Position numbers and translations under genes: made by a program. Positions 8,801 through 17,367 of a stretch of 64,000 nucleotides of DNA are shown here, piece after piece (position 1 is the first letter of the stretch; each line of letters opens with the position of its first letter). Source of the DNA: Vicinamibacterales bacterium (GTDB taxonomy: Bacteria; Acidobacteriota; Vicinamibacteria; Vicinamibacterales; UBA8438); the NCBI GenBank assembly GCA_965223015.1, contig CBDCVL010000011.1, positions 65,487-129,486 on the forward strand, given 5' to 3'. A model generated the notes under the pieces. That model made no database searches, had not been told where the DNA came from, and saw only the letters and a program-made list of their open reading frames with translations.

Positions 8801-9690
8801 GTGGCGCCCAGTCGATCTCCACCCGTCGGGCGTCTGGCGTGCAGCGGGTCTGCCGCGTGTGGCACCGCGCCCGCTCCAGTGTGTATGCGCGGCGGCAGGC
8901 GACACGGTCTCCTGCACTGTGTCGTCGCTGCGGGCCGATCGGCACTGCCCCGGACGACGTCCTGGTGGCCCACATTCGCCGGGTGCTCGAAGCCGCGCCG
9001 TTTCATGGCGAGGGCTACCGAAAAGCCTGGGCGAAGCGGCGGGTCGCGGGGATGCGCACCTCGAAGGAGCGGGTGCGCCGGTTGATGCGCGAGCACGACC
9101 TCCAAGCCCCGCCGCGCGCGGGCCACGCGCATGGGCCGAAGGCGCACGACGGGACCATCACCACCGAGGCGCCCGACGTGATGTGGGGCACAGACATGAC
9201 GGCCACCGTGACGGTCGCCGAGGGGGCGGCCTGCGTCTTCGTGGCCGTCGATCACTGCGCGACCGCATGCATCGGGCTCCATGCCGCCAAGCGCGGGACC
9301 CGCTTCGAGGCCCTGGAGCCGATCCGCCAGGGCATCCGCGAACGCTTCGGGGGCATCGGCGAAGGCGTGGCCCGTGGGCTGCGGCTGCGTCACGACCACG
9401 GGTCGAACTACTTGGCCGACGATTTTCAACAGGAGGTCGCGTTCTTCGGCATCGAAAGCTCCCCGAGCTTCGTGCGGGAGCCCGAAGGCAACGGCGTCGC
9501 GGAGCGCTTCATCCGCACGCTGAAGGAGAATCTGTTGTGGGTGCGGAGCTTCGAGACGATCGAGGAGCTCCGCCTGGCCTTGCTCGAGTTCAAGCGGACG
9601 TACAACGAGCAGTGGATGCTGGAGAAGTACGACGACCGAAGCCCGGCCCAGGTGCGACGCGACCTCCTCGGGCTGGACGCGGCGGCGTAG
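8797..9690 (+). CDS. IS3-C orfB (integrase-core DDE transposase)
   Basis: 297 aa. MWGTDMT...FVAVDHC...HDHGSNY...PEGNGVAERFIRTLKENLL...YNEQW is the rve-domain pattern. Confidence 0.85.
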   Translation: MSGAQSISTRRASGVQRVCRVWHRARSSVYARRQATRSPALCRRCGPIGTAPDDVLVAHIRRVLEAAPFHGEGYRKAWAKRRVAGMRTSKERVRRLMREHDLQAPPRAGHAHGPKAHDGTITTEAPDVMWGTDMTATVTVAEGAACVFVAVDHCATACIGLHAAKRGTRFEALEPIRQGIRERFGGIGEGVARGLRLRHDHGSNYLADDFQQEVAFFGIESSPSFVREPEGNGVAERFIRTLKENLLWVRSFETIEELRLALLEFKRTYNEQWMLEKYDDRSPAQVRRDLLGLDAAA

Positions 9691-10550
9691 AAGCGAATAC
9701 CGTCAAACCACTGTCCAAGAACCCTGGGGCAGTACACTATGGGCATGATGGAGCCGACCTGCTGCGTTGGCGGAATAGACAAGGGCGGCCGTGCCATAGG
9801 TGTTCATCCCCGTGCCAGTTAGGGCGAAGTCCGAGATGACTCGCAGGCTATCCTGCCATATCTCGATGCGCCCGCCGAAGTCATCCCACGACGATTCCGA
9901 GAAACTCCTGGTCAACGCGTTCAGTCCGGCACACCCTGCCACGACGAGCGTCATCAGTGTCAGATGCCCAAGACTCACCACGCGCTGAGCGCTAGACGAC
10001 TTTCGACGAATCACGAACCATCCGGACAACAGAACGGCTATGGAGAAGCAGGTTATCCCCGACCGCGAGAACGTGAGCACCAGCGCTAGGCCCATCAGGA
10101 TCGGGCTGAGCGCCATCACTGCTAACCGGTTCGCCTCCGACGAGGAGAGCCAAAGTACGCGGCTTCGCCAGTCAGCCCGAACTCCTCGCATCGCGTCTGC
10201 AACGCCGGCGGAGAAGCAACCTGCCGCCAGCGGGAGGCCCATCATCATCCATCCGGCGAAATGGTTCTCGTTCACGAACGGCCCGAAGGGGTAGCTGCCG
10301 AAGCGAGGTTCCCAGAAGCCGTAGATCGCACCGGAATAGATTGGCTCTTGAACGATCCCAACGAGTGCCAGCGCCACTCCCACGCCCATGACACCCCTGG
10401 CCACGCTGCTCGCCCCTACCGACCCGAACCAGGAGACACAACCGGAAAACAACGCCGCTAACGAAATAAGCCAGACGATAGACAAGGCAGTCGAAGACGG
10501 CTCGAGAGAGAGCGTGCTCCTGACCCCAAGCGCCGATTGCGCGCCGAAGA

Positions 10551-11996
10551 GAGGATGACCCAGGCGTAGTGGAAGGTCGGTGGTAACTCCTGCCCGATCG
10601 TAAGGTCGATCGGGTGCTTGTCGGAAAGGAGAACCACCGATGAAGAGAACGTACCAGGTTGTCACGAAGCCGTCCACGCTCAGCAGCCGCGAGCTCGCGG
10701 AGTTTCTCTCGAAGGACGGTCAGCTCCTGCTGCCGCTCGTCGAGCTCTTGGAGCGGGGCGAGAAGGCCATCGACGAGGTGATCGACGTCATGGGTCGGGC
10801 GACCGTCGAGGCGGTCCTTCGGATGAGCGCTGAGCGGCTCGCCGGGCCCAAGCGGCAGGGCCGCCGCGCCGACGATCGGGCGCTGTACTGGCACGGCAGC
10901 CAGCCGGGGCGCGTCACGTTGAGCGAACGTCAGCTGCGCGTGGAAAAGCCGCGTCTGCGCAAGAAGACGGCGCGGCAGGGGGAGCGCGGCGAGGTCGCGA
11001 TCCCGGCGTACGACGCGATGCAGCGCGATCAGCGCCTTGCCGACCGCATGTTGGCGATCATGCTGAACGGCGTCTCGACCCGGCGCTACGAGACGGTCCT
11101 GCCGGCGATGGCCGAGCAGGTCGGCATCGGCAAGTCGGAGGTCTCCCGTGAGACCATCGAGGCCGGGACGCGAGTCCTCCAGGACTTGGCTGAGCGAGAC
11201 TTCAGCAAGGTCGACGTGTTGATTATCTACCTCGACGGGATCCAGTTCGGGAACCACCATGTTCTGGCGGCCGTGGGGGTCGACGAAGACGGGAAGAAGT
11301 ACGTGCTCGGCGTGCGCAGCGGTGCCTCTGAGAACGCGACCGTGACGACCGCCCTGCTCGAGGATCTCGTCGCTCGCGGGATCCGCCCCGACCGACGTCG
11401 GCTGTTCGTCGTCGATGGAGCGAAGGCGCTACGCAGCGCGATCGCCCAGGTGTTCGGCGCCGGCAACGAGGTACAGCGCTGTCGCAACCACAAGCTGCGG
11501 AATGTCGTCGGCCACCTGCCGAACGCGCAGCACGACCAGGCACGGGCCACCCTGCGCGCCGCCTGGAAGCTCGAGGCTAAGGAGGGCCTGCGCAAGCTTG
11601 ACCAGTACGCCTCGTGGCTCCAACGCGACTGGCCCGATGCAGCAGCGAGCGTTCGAGAAGGCCTCGATGAGATCTTCACCGTGAATCGGCTCGGCCTGCC
11701 CGCATCACTGCGCACGTGCCTCACGACGACGAACATCATCGATTCGACGCACTCGGGAATCCGGCAGCGCACACGTCGCGTCACCAACTGGAAGAACGGA
11801 GAGATGGCGCTGCGCTGGTCGGCCGTGGCCTTCGTGGAGACGGAGAAGAACTACCGACGCATCACAGGTTACGAGCATCTCTGGATGCTGAAGGCACACC
11901 TGGATCGCGACGACGACAACATTGCAGAGATGCAGAAGGTCGGATAACTTGTGTTCACCGTTGCCGCTGACTTTCTACTACCGGTGGGACACTCTC
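10551..11996 (+). mobile_element. IS256-family element, copy 1
   Basis: 1446 bp, identical to 43547-44992 in inverse orientation. Termini are GAGGATGACCCAGGCGTAGTGGAAGGTC / GACTTTCTACTACCGGTGGGACACTCTC. Flanks GCCGAAGA and CCTATCCT differ, so there is no target duplication. Confidence 0.9.
10640..11947 (+). CDS. IS256-family (Mutator-type) transposase
   Basis: 435 aa. ...VLIIYLDGIQFGNHHVLAAVGVDEDGKKYVLG...FVVDGAKALRSAI...VQRCRNHKLRNV...NIIDSTHSGIR... is the classic IS256 transposase organisation. Confidence 0.92.
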   Translation: MKRTYQVVTKPSTLSSRELAEFLSKDGQLLLPLVELLERGEKAIDEVIDVMGRATVEAVLRMSAERLAGPKRQGRRADDRALYWHGSQPGRVTLSERQLRVEKPRLRKKTARQGERGEVAIPAYDAMQRDQRLADRMLAIMLNGVSTRRYETVLPAMAEQVGIGKSEVSRETIEAGTRVLQDLAERDFSKVDVLIIYLDGIQFGNHHVLAAVGVDEDGKKYVLGVRSGASENATVTTALLEDLVARGIRPDRRRLFVVDGAKALRSAIAQVFGAGNEVQRCRNHKLRNVVGHLPNAQHDQARATLRAAWKLEAKEGLRKLDQYASWLQRDWPDAAASVREGLDEIFTVNRLGLPASLRTCLTTTNIIDSTHSGIRQRTRRVTNWKNGEMALRWSAVAFVETEKNYRRITGYEHLWMLKAHLDRDDDNIAEMQKVG

Positions 11997-11997
11997 C

Positions 11998-14796
11998 CTA
12001 TCCTGGCGCGTGGTGCCTCTTCTTGCCAGACGTGGAGCTACTTCCGTGAAATACGCGATCGATGAGGCCCAGATCAGGATGCGCAGCGTCGGGGAAGAGT
12101 CTCCGTGGGTCTTGAGGCTTCGGGACAGGCATCTGCCAACCTCGCCACTTGCACTTGGGACAAAGATGTAGACGCTGATCACTGAGTCGCTTCCAAAGAT
12201 GCTCGGTCCGAGTCCTAGCGTGTGAGCGATAGAGCCCGGAGAAACCACAGGATGGGCACGTCAATGACACGTCGGTGTGTCGGTATCGCTTTGGTGAGGC
12301 CTGGGGCTGCTCGGCCTCTGGATCGTCACGAGGAAGCTCCTGTGGGCCCATCAGTCCACCGGAAGTAAACCCAGGCTCGATGGCCCCGAGCTGCGCGAGT
12401 AGCCCAGCAGTGTCGCCGACTGCGGCAAGTCGTTCGAGCTCACGGATTTGTCCCGACAGCCGGTCGGGATCCGGGGGCGCTTGCGCCCTCACGCATAGGA
12501 TTTTTTTGGTCGGGGATGGTTCTATCGTCTCATCTAGACCCGCAAGCTCTTCGAACATCTTCTCCCCCGGGCGAAGCCCGACGAACTGAATCGGTATGTC
12601 GGCTGGCATGCGACCCGACAGCCGGATCAGATCTCTGGCCAGACCGACCAGCTTGATCGGATCGCCCATGTCGAGAACGTAGGTCGTGCCTGTGCTGCAC
12701 TTCGTTGCGGCGTGGAGCACGAGCTCTACGGCTTCCGAGATCAGCATGAAGTAGCGGGAGATCTCCGGATGCGTGACGGTCACCGGTCCACCAGACTTGA
12801 TTTGGTCCACGAAACGAAGGAGGACACTGCCGTTGCTGCCTAGCACATTGCCGAATCGAACCACACAGAAGGTGGTCCTGCTACTCCGAGCCTTAGCCTG
12901 CACGAGCAGCTCGGCCGTCCGTTTGGTTGCGCCCATCACGCTGACGGGGTTGACTGCCTTGTCAGTCGAAATCAGGATGAAACGGTCGATGCCATGCCGG
13001 TCGGCGGCTTCCGACAGCAGCCTCGTTCCGACGACGTTATTCTTCACGGCTTCGCACGGGTTCTGCTCCATCAGCGGCACATGCTTGTGGGCCGCCGCGT
13101 GAAACACGATCGCCGGTCGATGCTCGCTCATCACGGCGTCGAGGCGATGGGAGTCCGTGACGTCGCCGATGCAGCTGTGTAGTGGCCTTGCAAAGCCGGC
13201 GTCAAGAAGATCGTTGGTGACCTGGTAGAGGCTGTTCTCGTAGCGCTCGTAGAGGATCAGTGCCGAGGGCTTCAAGGCTGCGATCTGACGCGATAACTCG
13301 GAGCCAATCGATCCGCCGGCGCCGGTTACCATAACCGGTCGATCACGCATGAGCTGGTGCAATGGCGCGCGGTCCAGCCCGACCGGAGCCCTGGGGAGAA
13401 GGTCCTCGATCGCGAGTTGACGCACCTGCCGCACGCGTCCATCGCCGCTGATGAGGTCGTGCAAGCTTGGGAGAGTCGTGATGCGCGTCGTGAACGGCCC
13501 GAGTGCCCGCAAGACCTGCCGCATCACCTTTGGCCCCGCGCCACGGATGGCGATCAATACCTCATCTGGTGCGTGGTCCGTCATGATGCGTGGTAGATCG
13601 GCACGCGTACCTAGAACTGGTACGCCGTGAATGGCCCCACCGATCTTGCTCCGGTCGTCGTCCACGAACCCGACGGGGGCGTAGTCGCCATGCATCCGCA
13701 TCTCGCGAACAATCCGCTCTCCGGCATTTCCGGCCCCCACGATGAGGGTCTTCGTGACCGGCTTGGTGGTGACCATGGCCGAGTAGAGTCGCCGCGACAG
13801 ACGGATGCCAGCCATGAGCATGACGAGGACTATGGCGTCGATCAGATAGACCGACCGCGGATAGCCCGCGAAGGGCAGTAGGTCCCAGCGTGTCAGGCCG
13901 ACCACCAGGCCACAAAAGAGGAGTGAACTGGCTCCGATCGCGGCCACAACATCCCGAACGTCCCAAATGTCGGTGTAGCGCCACAGTCCATGGTAAAGGT
14001 GAAACCAGGCGAAGGTGGCTCCTCGAATGACGAGCAGAGCCGGCAGTCCCCAGACTAACGCCGGTAGGAAGTCGGGTGGAATCCGACCGTCAAATCGGAG
14101 CCAGAAGGCGGCGGCGTTCGCAAAGACGATGAGAATCAGATGGACCGCGACAACGATCACTCGACGCTGAGTCTGGTTCAGGCGGTCTATCGGAACGAGA
14201 CGGATTCCGACGGCATCGAGTACGGTGCGGCCGATGATGAGCAGGTCGAACCAGTTCGAGCGTCTGGCGACATACGCCTTCGCGAGACGGATCTTGTCGG
14301 GGAGAATCTGGGTTACGTAGGCGTGTTCCGGGTCGTCGGCGCGCGCTAAGATTGCTTCCTCGTCGCGGTATTTGAACGAAGCCGGGTCGGTCATGCCGGG
14401 CCGCACGGCGAGAAGCTCGACGTAGTCGTCCCGAAAGCGCTCGACAAAGCCCGGGATCTCCGGCCTGGGTCCCACAAGGCTCATGTCGCCCCGGAGGACA
14501 TTGAGGATCTGTGGAAACTCATCGAGTTTGGCCTTCCGAAGCAGCCAGCCGACCCGCGTGATGCGAGCGTCGCCATCAACCGTCAGCGCGCTCCCCTGGT
14601 CGGCGCCGTTTTCGACCATGGTTCGAAACTTCAGCAATTGAAACCGGCGAAACGCCCGGCCCATGCGTGTCTGCCTAAAGAAGACCGGACCCGTCGAATC
14701 TAGCTTGATGGCGAACGCGACCAGGGCAAACACCGGTGCGAGTAAGAACAGGCCAACGGCTGAGACGAGCACATCGATGGCGCGCTTGACTCTCAC
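11998..14796 (-). CDS. Fusion protein: PglC/WbaP-type phosphoglycosyl transferase + membrane-bound CapD/PglF/WbpM-type UDP-sugar 4,6-dehydratase + C-terminal CxxC...CxxC zinc ribbon
   Basis: 932 aa. aa 1-~200: FFRQTRMGR...FRTM...KLDEFPQILNVLRGDMSLVGPRP (sugar transferase). Then come 4 TM helices, a Rossmann domain, VTGAGGSIGSEL and VMGATKR (CapD-type SDR). The tail is TCPSCGFSG...LCPKCKWRGW at 12133-12261. Confidence 0.85.
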   Translation of the reverse strand: MRVKRAIDVLVSAVGLFLLAPVFALVAFAIKLDSTGPVFFRQTRMGRAFRRFQLLKFRTMVENGADQGSALTVDGDARITRVGWLLRKAKLDEFPQILNVLRGDMSLVGPRPEIPGFVERFRDDYVELLAVRPGMTDPASFKYRDEEAILARADDPEHAYVTQILPDKIRLAKAYVARRSNWFDLLIIGRTVLDAVGIRLVPIDRLNQTQRRVIVVAVHLILIVFANAAAFWLRFDGRIPPDFLPALVWGLPALLVIRGATFAWFHLYHGLWRYTDIWDVRDVVAAIGASSLLFCGLVVGLTRWDLLPFAGYPRSVYLIDAIVLVMLMAGIRLSRRLYSAMVTTKPVTKTLIVGAGNAGERIVREMRMHGDYAPVGFVDDDRSKIGGAIHGVPVLGTRADLPRIMTDHAPDEVLIAIRGAGPKVMRQVLRALGPFTTRITTLPSLHDLISGDGRVRQVRQLAIEDLLPRAPVGLDRAPLHQLMRDRPVMVTGAGGSIGSELSRQIAALKPSALILYERYENSLYQVTNDLLDAGFARPLHSCIGDVTDSHRLDAVMSEHRPAIVFHAAAHKHVPLMEQNPCEAVKNNVVGTRLLSEAADRHGIDRFILISTDKAVNPVSVMGATKRTAELLVQAKARSSRTTFCVVRFGNVLGSNGSVLLRFVDQIKSGGPVTVTHPEISRYFMLISEAVELVLHAATKCSTGTTYVLDMGDPIKLVGLARDLIRLSGRMPADIPIQFVGLRPGEKMFEELAGLDETIEPSPTKKILCVRAQAPPDPDRLSGQIRELERLAAVGDTAGLLAQLGAIEPGFTSGGLMGPQELPRDDPEAEQPQASPKRYRHTDVSLTCPSCGFSGLYRSHARTRTEHLWKRLSDQRLHLCPKCKWRGWQMPVPKPQDPRRLFPDAAHPDLGLIDRVFHGSSSTSGKKRHHAPG

Positions 14797-16070
14797 CGTA
14801 AGGCCCCTAGCGCTGCGGCCGGCAGCGAGCGACGAGCTGACGTCGATGGTCGAGAGAAATGTCGGCAGATGTCAATGACCGAGGAGGTCACGTGTTCACA
14901 CTCTCCTGGTGACATCGATGGGAACAGCGGAAGAGAGACGAGGCGTCGCCACTCCCGCGTCGCCACCGGACACCTCTCCGGTGTCCAGCCAAACGTCTCC
15001 TGGTAGTACGGATGTAGGTGTAGCGGCCGCCAGTGAACGGACGATTCCACGCCGGCCCTCCTCAGTTCGGCGAGAAATGTGTCGCGGTCAATCGACAAAC
15101 GGTCGAGTTTGAGTCGGATCGGAAAGAGATGCCACGCGTGCACGCGGTTAGCCGGGACGGGAGGGAGATCGATCTCCTCCACCTCGTTCAACGAATCGAT
15201 ATAGTCTCGAGCGATCGTTTCACGACAACGTCGCATGTCTTCGGCTCTTGCCAATTGGCGGATGCCAAGGGCCGCAGCGATGTCTGTCAGGTTGTATTTG
15301 AAACCAGGCGCGACGATCTGATAGTCCCATGTAGCCGGACTTTTCTGGCGGCCCCAGGGGTCTTTCGAAAGGCCGTGCAGCGACATTGTCCGCATCCGGT
15401 CGACTAGGTCCACGTCGTCGGTGACCGCCATCCCTCCTTCCCCAGTCGTCATCGTCTTGTTGGCATAGAAAGAAAAACACGTGACGGCGGACGTGCCCTC
15501 ACCGCAGCGGGTCCATTCGTCTTCGGGAGTGGACCGGGCCGCGGCCGGGAACGCATGGGCCGCGTCCTCCACCATCCACAGCCCGCGCTCGGCGCAGAAG
15601 TGCTGGAGGTCGCCGATGGATTGCACGACGCCGCCAACGTGAACCGGAATAGCCCCCACGACGTTGAGGTCTTGGGAGATCGCCTCAGGTAGCCTCCCTG
15701 CTCCCAGATCTTCAAGCTTTCGTCTGGCGTCCTGCAGATCAAGGTGCAGATTCTCGGGCTCGCAGTCGACCAAGATCGGAATGGCACCCAGGTAGCGCAC
15801 GATCTCCGCTGTGGCGGCAAAGGTCATCGTGGGCACCAGGACCGCCTGCCCGGTCCTGAGTTCTATCGCCTCGGCGGCGAGATGCAGCGCAGCGGTCGCC
15901 GAATTGACGCCTACCGCGTGGCGCGCGCCGACAGCGGCCGCGAATGCCTCCTCGAATTGCCTCACCCGGGGCCCGGTCGTCAGCCATCCGGAGCGGAGGA
16001 CTGAGACCACAGCCTCAATCTCGGAGGAGGTGAGATCTGGCCTAAAGAACGGGACTGGAGTTGATGTCAC
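14793..16070 (-). CDS. DegT/DnrJ/EryC1/StrS-family sugar aminotransferase (PglE-like)
   Basis: PFFRPDLTSSEIEAVVSVLRSGWLTTGPRVRQFEEAF...NSATAALHLA...FSFYANKTMTTGEGG (PLP-Lys motif). I chose GTG at 16070 because the longer ORF (to 16181) would overlap the upstream OMP gene by 100 nt. ATGA-type overlap with the downstream gene. Confidence 0.85.
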   Translation of the reverse strand: MTSTPVPFFRPDLTSSEIEAVVSVLRSGWLTTGPRVRQFEEAFAAAVGARHAVGVNSATAALHLAAEAIELRTGQAVLVPTMTFAATAEIVRYLGAIPILVDCEPENLHLDLQDARRKLEDLGAGRLPEAISQDLNVVGAIPVHVGGVVQSIGDLQHFCAERGLWMVEDAAHAFPAAARSTPEDEWTRCGEGTSAVTCFSFYANKTMTTGEGGMAVTDDVDLVDRMRTMSLHGLSKDPWGRQKSPATWDYQIVAPGFKYNLTDIAAALGIRQLARAEDMRRCRETIARDYIDSLNEVEEIDLPPVPANRVHAWHLFPIRLKLDRLSIDRDTFLAELRRAGVESSVHWRPLHLHPYYQETFGWTPERCPVATREWRRLVSLPLFPSMSPGECEHVTSSVIDICRHFSRPSTSARRSLPAAALGALR

Positions 16071-16080
16071 GATTCTTGCT

Positions 16081-17367
16081 TTAGAAGGCGAACGTCGAAG
16101 TGAGGCCCATGAGGAGTCCGTCGTAGTCCCGAAGGCCCGCACGATTCGAGCGACGGGAGAAGTGAGACGCGTCGACCCCAATTGTCGTCGACCGGTTTAG
16201 TCGTCGCTGGAGTCCAACCGAGTAGCTGCGCCAGGTGTCGACCCGGCCGGTGGGTGCCGCGTTCGCCGTCGATACGAACGCGCGGTATTCACTGTCGAAC
16301 CACCGTGTCCCGACGTCGATTTCGAACCGATCCGTGAATCGGTGCTCAAAACTCACGCCGTAACCGGTGCTGACGTAGTAGGGCTCGAAGACTTGAAAGG
16401 AGAACGCGATGTCACGGTCGGCCGTGAAAGAGATCGTCGACGACTCAAGCAAGGTGTAGTCGAACTCGACGGCTGCAACCGGACCCTGGTAGGGGGGGAG
16501 GACGCTGGACGAGCCGCGTAGACTGCGATACCCAACCTTGGCCGTGCCCGAGATGAGCGCCCGCGGATTGAGCTCGATGCCGGGGACCACACTCCACGAT
16601 TCGTTATCTCGATCTGGCGCGGAGGAAAACTGCTCTTTCCTCGTCTCGGCCGTCACTTCCAGAGTTGTCAGCGGCGTCGCCTTGTATCGAACCGCAGCGC
16701 TGGTGGCTACGAAATTGCTATTGAGTTGCCGGGCGAGCCCTGCCCCAAGAGGATCGTGGCGGTCGTACTCTAAAGAGGCCTGCCTGGCGGAAACTTCGAC
16801 TTCGAGCTTGCGAAAGACGCCTACGCCCACCCCCGCCCGAGTGGCGTTCTCTTGGCGTCTGGCTCGGGCATCAATCTCGAGGTTCGGTCGTTCGCGGGTG
16901 TTGAGGAATGAATCCTCGACGAAGAGCCGGAGCCGAGCTAGCTGCAGCTCGCCCCGCAAGTTCATGGTGAAGTTCACGCCACGCTGGTTCTTAAACTGCT
17001 TGAAGTAGACGAAGTCGGTGACGGTCTCGGCGGTGACGACGAACCGACGCAGCGGCAGCGCGATATCGACCTTCGGACCCGCAGTAATGGTGAAGTCGGA
17101 CTGCGGATTCCCTTCCGATAGGAAGACGTTGCTGTCGACCCCGAGGCGCGCGAGTTCCAACACCGGCGTGATGAACAATGGACCGAGGTGCACGGGGGCA
17201 TCAGACCGGACGTCGGCTTCCTGCGCGAGGGCCAGCGACGGGAGCAATGCCACTAGGCAGATTCCAAGGCCCGAGACCGCCCAAGCCCTCGGGCGTCTAT
17301 CGTCCTTGGCGACTCTCGGCCGATCGCGCCGTCTTGGCAGGGCTCTGATGGGCGGGTTGAATCTCAC
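16081..17367 (-). CDS. Outer-membrane beta-barrel protein, polysaccharide-export associated by context
   Basis: 428 aa. Signal peptide ...LLPSLALAQEA, alternating beta-strand pattern throughout, and a C-terminal TSTFAF aromatic terminus typical of OMPs. GTGA overlap with wzc. Confidence 0.65.
   Translation of the reverse strand: MRFNPPIRALPRRRDRPRVAKDDRRPRAWAVSGLGICLVALLPSLALAQEADVRSDAPVHLGPLFITPVLELARLGVDSNVFLSEGNPQSDFTITAGPKVDIALPLRRFVVTAETVTDFVYFKQFKNQRGVNFTMNLRGELQLARLRLFVEDSFLNTRERPNLEIDARARRQENATRAGVGVGVFRKLEVEVSARQASLEYDRHDPLGAGLARQLNSNFVATSAAVRYKATPLTTLEVTAETRKEQFSSAPDRDNESWSVVPGIELNPRALISGTAKVGYRSLRGSSSVLPPYQGPVAAVEFDYTLLESSTISFTADRDIAFSFQVFEPYYVSTGYGVSFEHRFTDRFEIDVGTRWFDSEYRAFVSTANAAPTGRVDTWRSYSVGLQRRLNRSTTIGVDASHFSRRSNRAGLRDYDGLLMGLTSTFAF

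Larger units (their letters stand above)
8376..9736 (+). mobile_element. IS3-family element (IS3-C)
   Basis: Inverted termini ...GCGCCCTAGGGTTTTCTTGGACAC (left) and GTGTCCAAGAACCCTGGGGCA... (right). A 4-bp direct repeat CTAT lies at 8372-8375 and 9737-9740. Alternative TG...CA boundaries are 8379/9731. Confidence 0.75.
8137..10550 (-). pseudogene. O-antigen ligase / polymerase-like (Wzy_C) membrane protein gene, split by IS3-C and 5'-truncated at IS256
   Basis: Segments are 9737-10550 (multi-TM, ...TFSRSGITCF...GTGMNTYGTAALVY...HHAHS) and 8137-8375 (DYLQLAAEGGALVGIPMLMAAGF...). The joined sequence gives the HAHSDYLQ..E.G motif. The reading frame runs into IS256 at 10550 with no start codon of its own. 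Confidence 0.75.

Noticed and set aside
10172-11260. 362-aa ORF antisense to the IS256 transposase, mirrored at 44283..44996
   Set aside because: It lies entirely opposite a strongly supported transposase gene and has an Arg/Pro/Gly-rich, low-complexity translation typical of antisense frames in high-G+C DNA. It appears twice only because the IS is duplicated.
16071-16181. N-terminal extension of the aminotransferase ORF
   Set aside because: It would overlap the OMP gene by 100 nt and adds no conserved sequence. DegT-family similarity starts at PFFRPDL just after GTG 16070.
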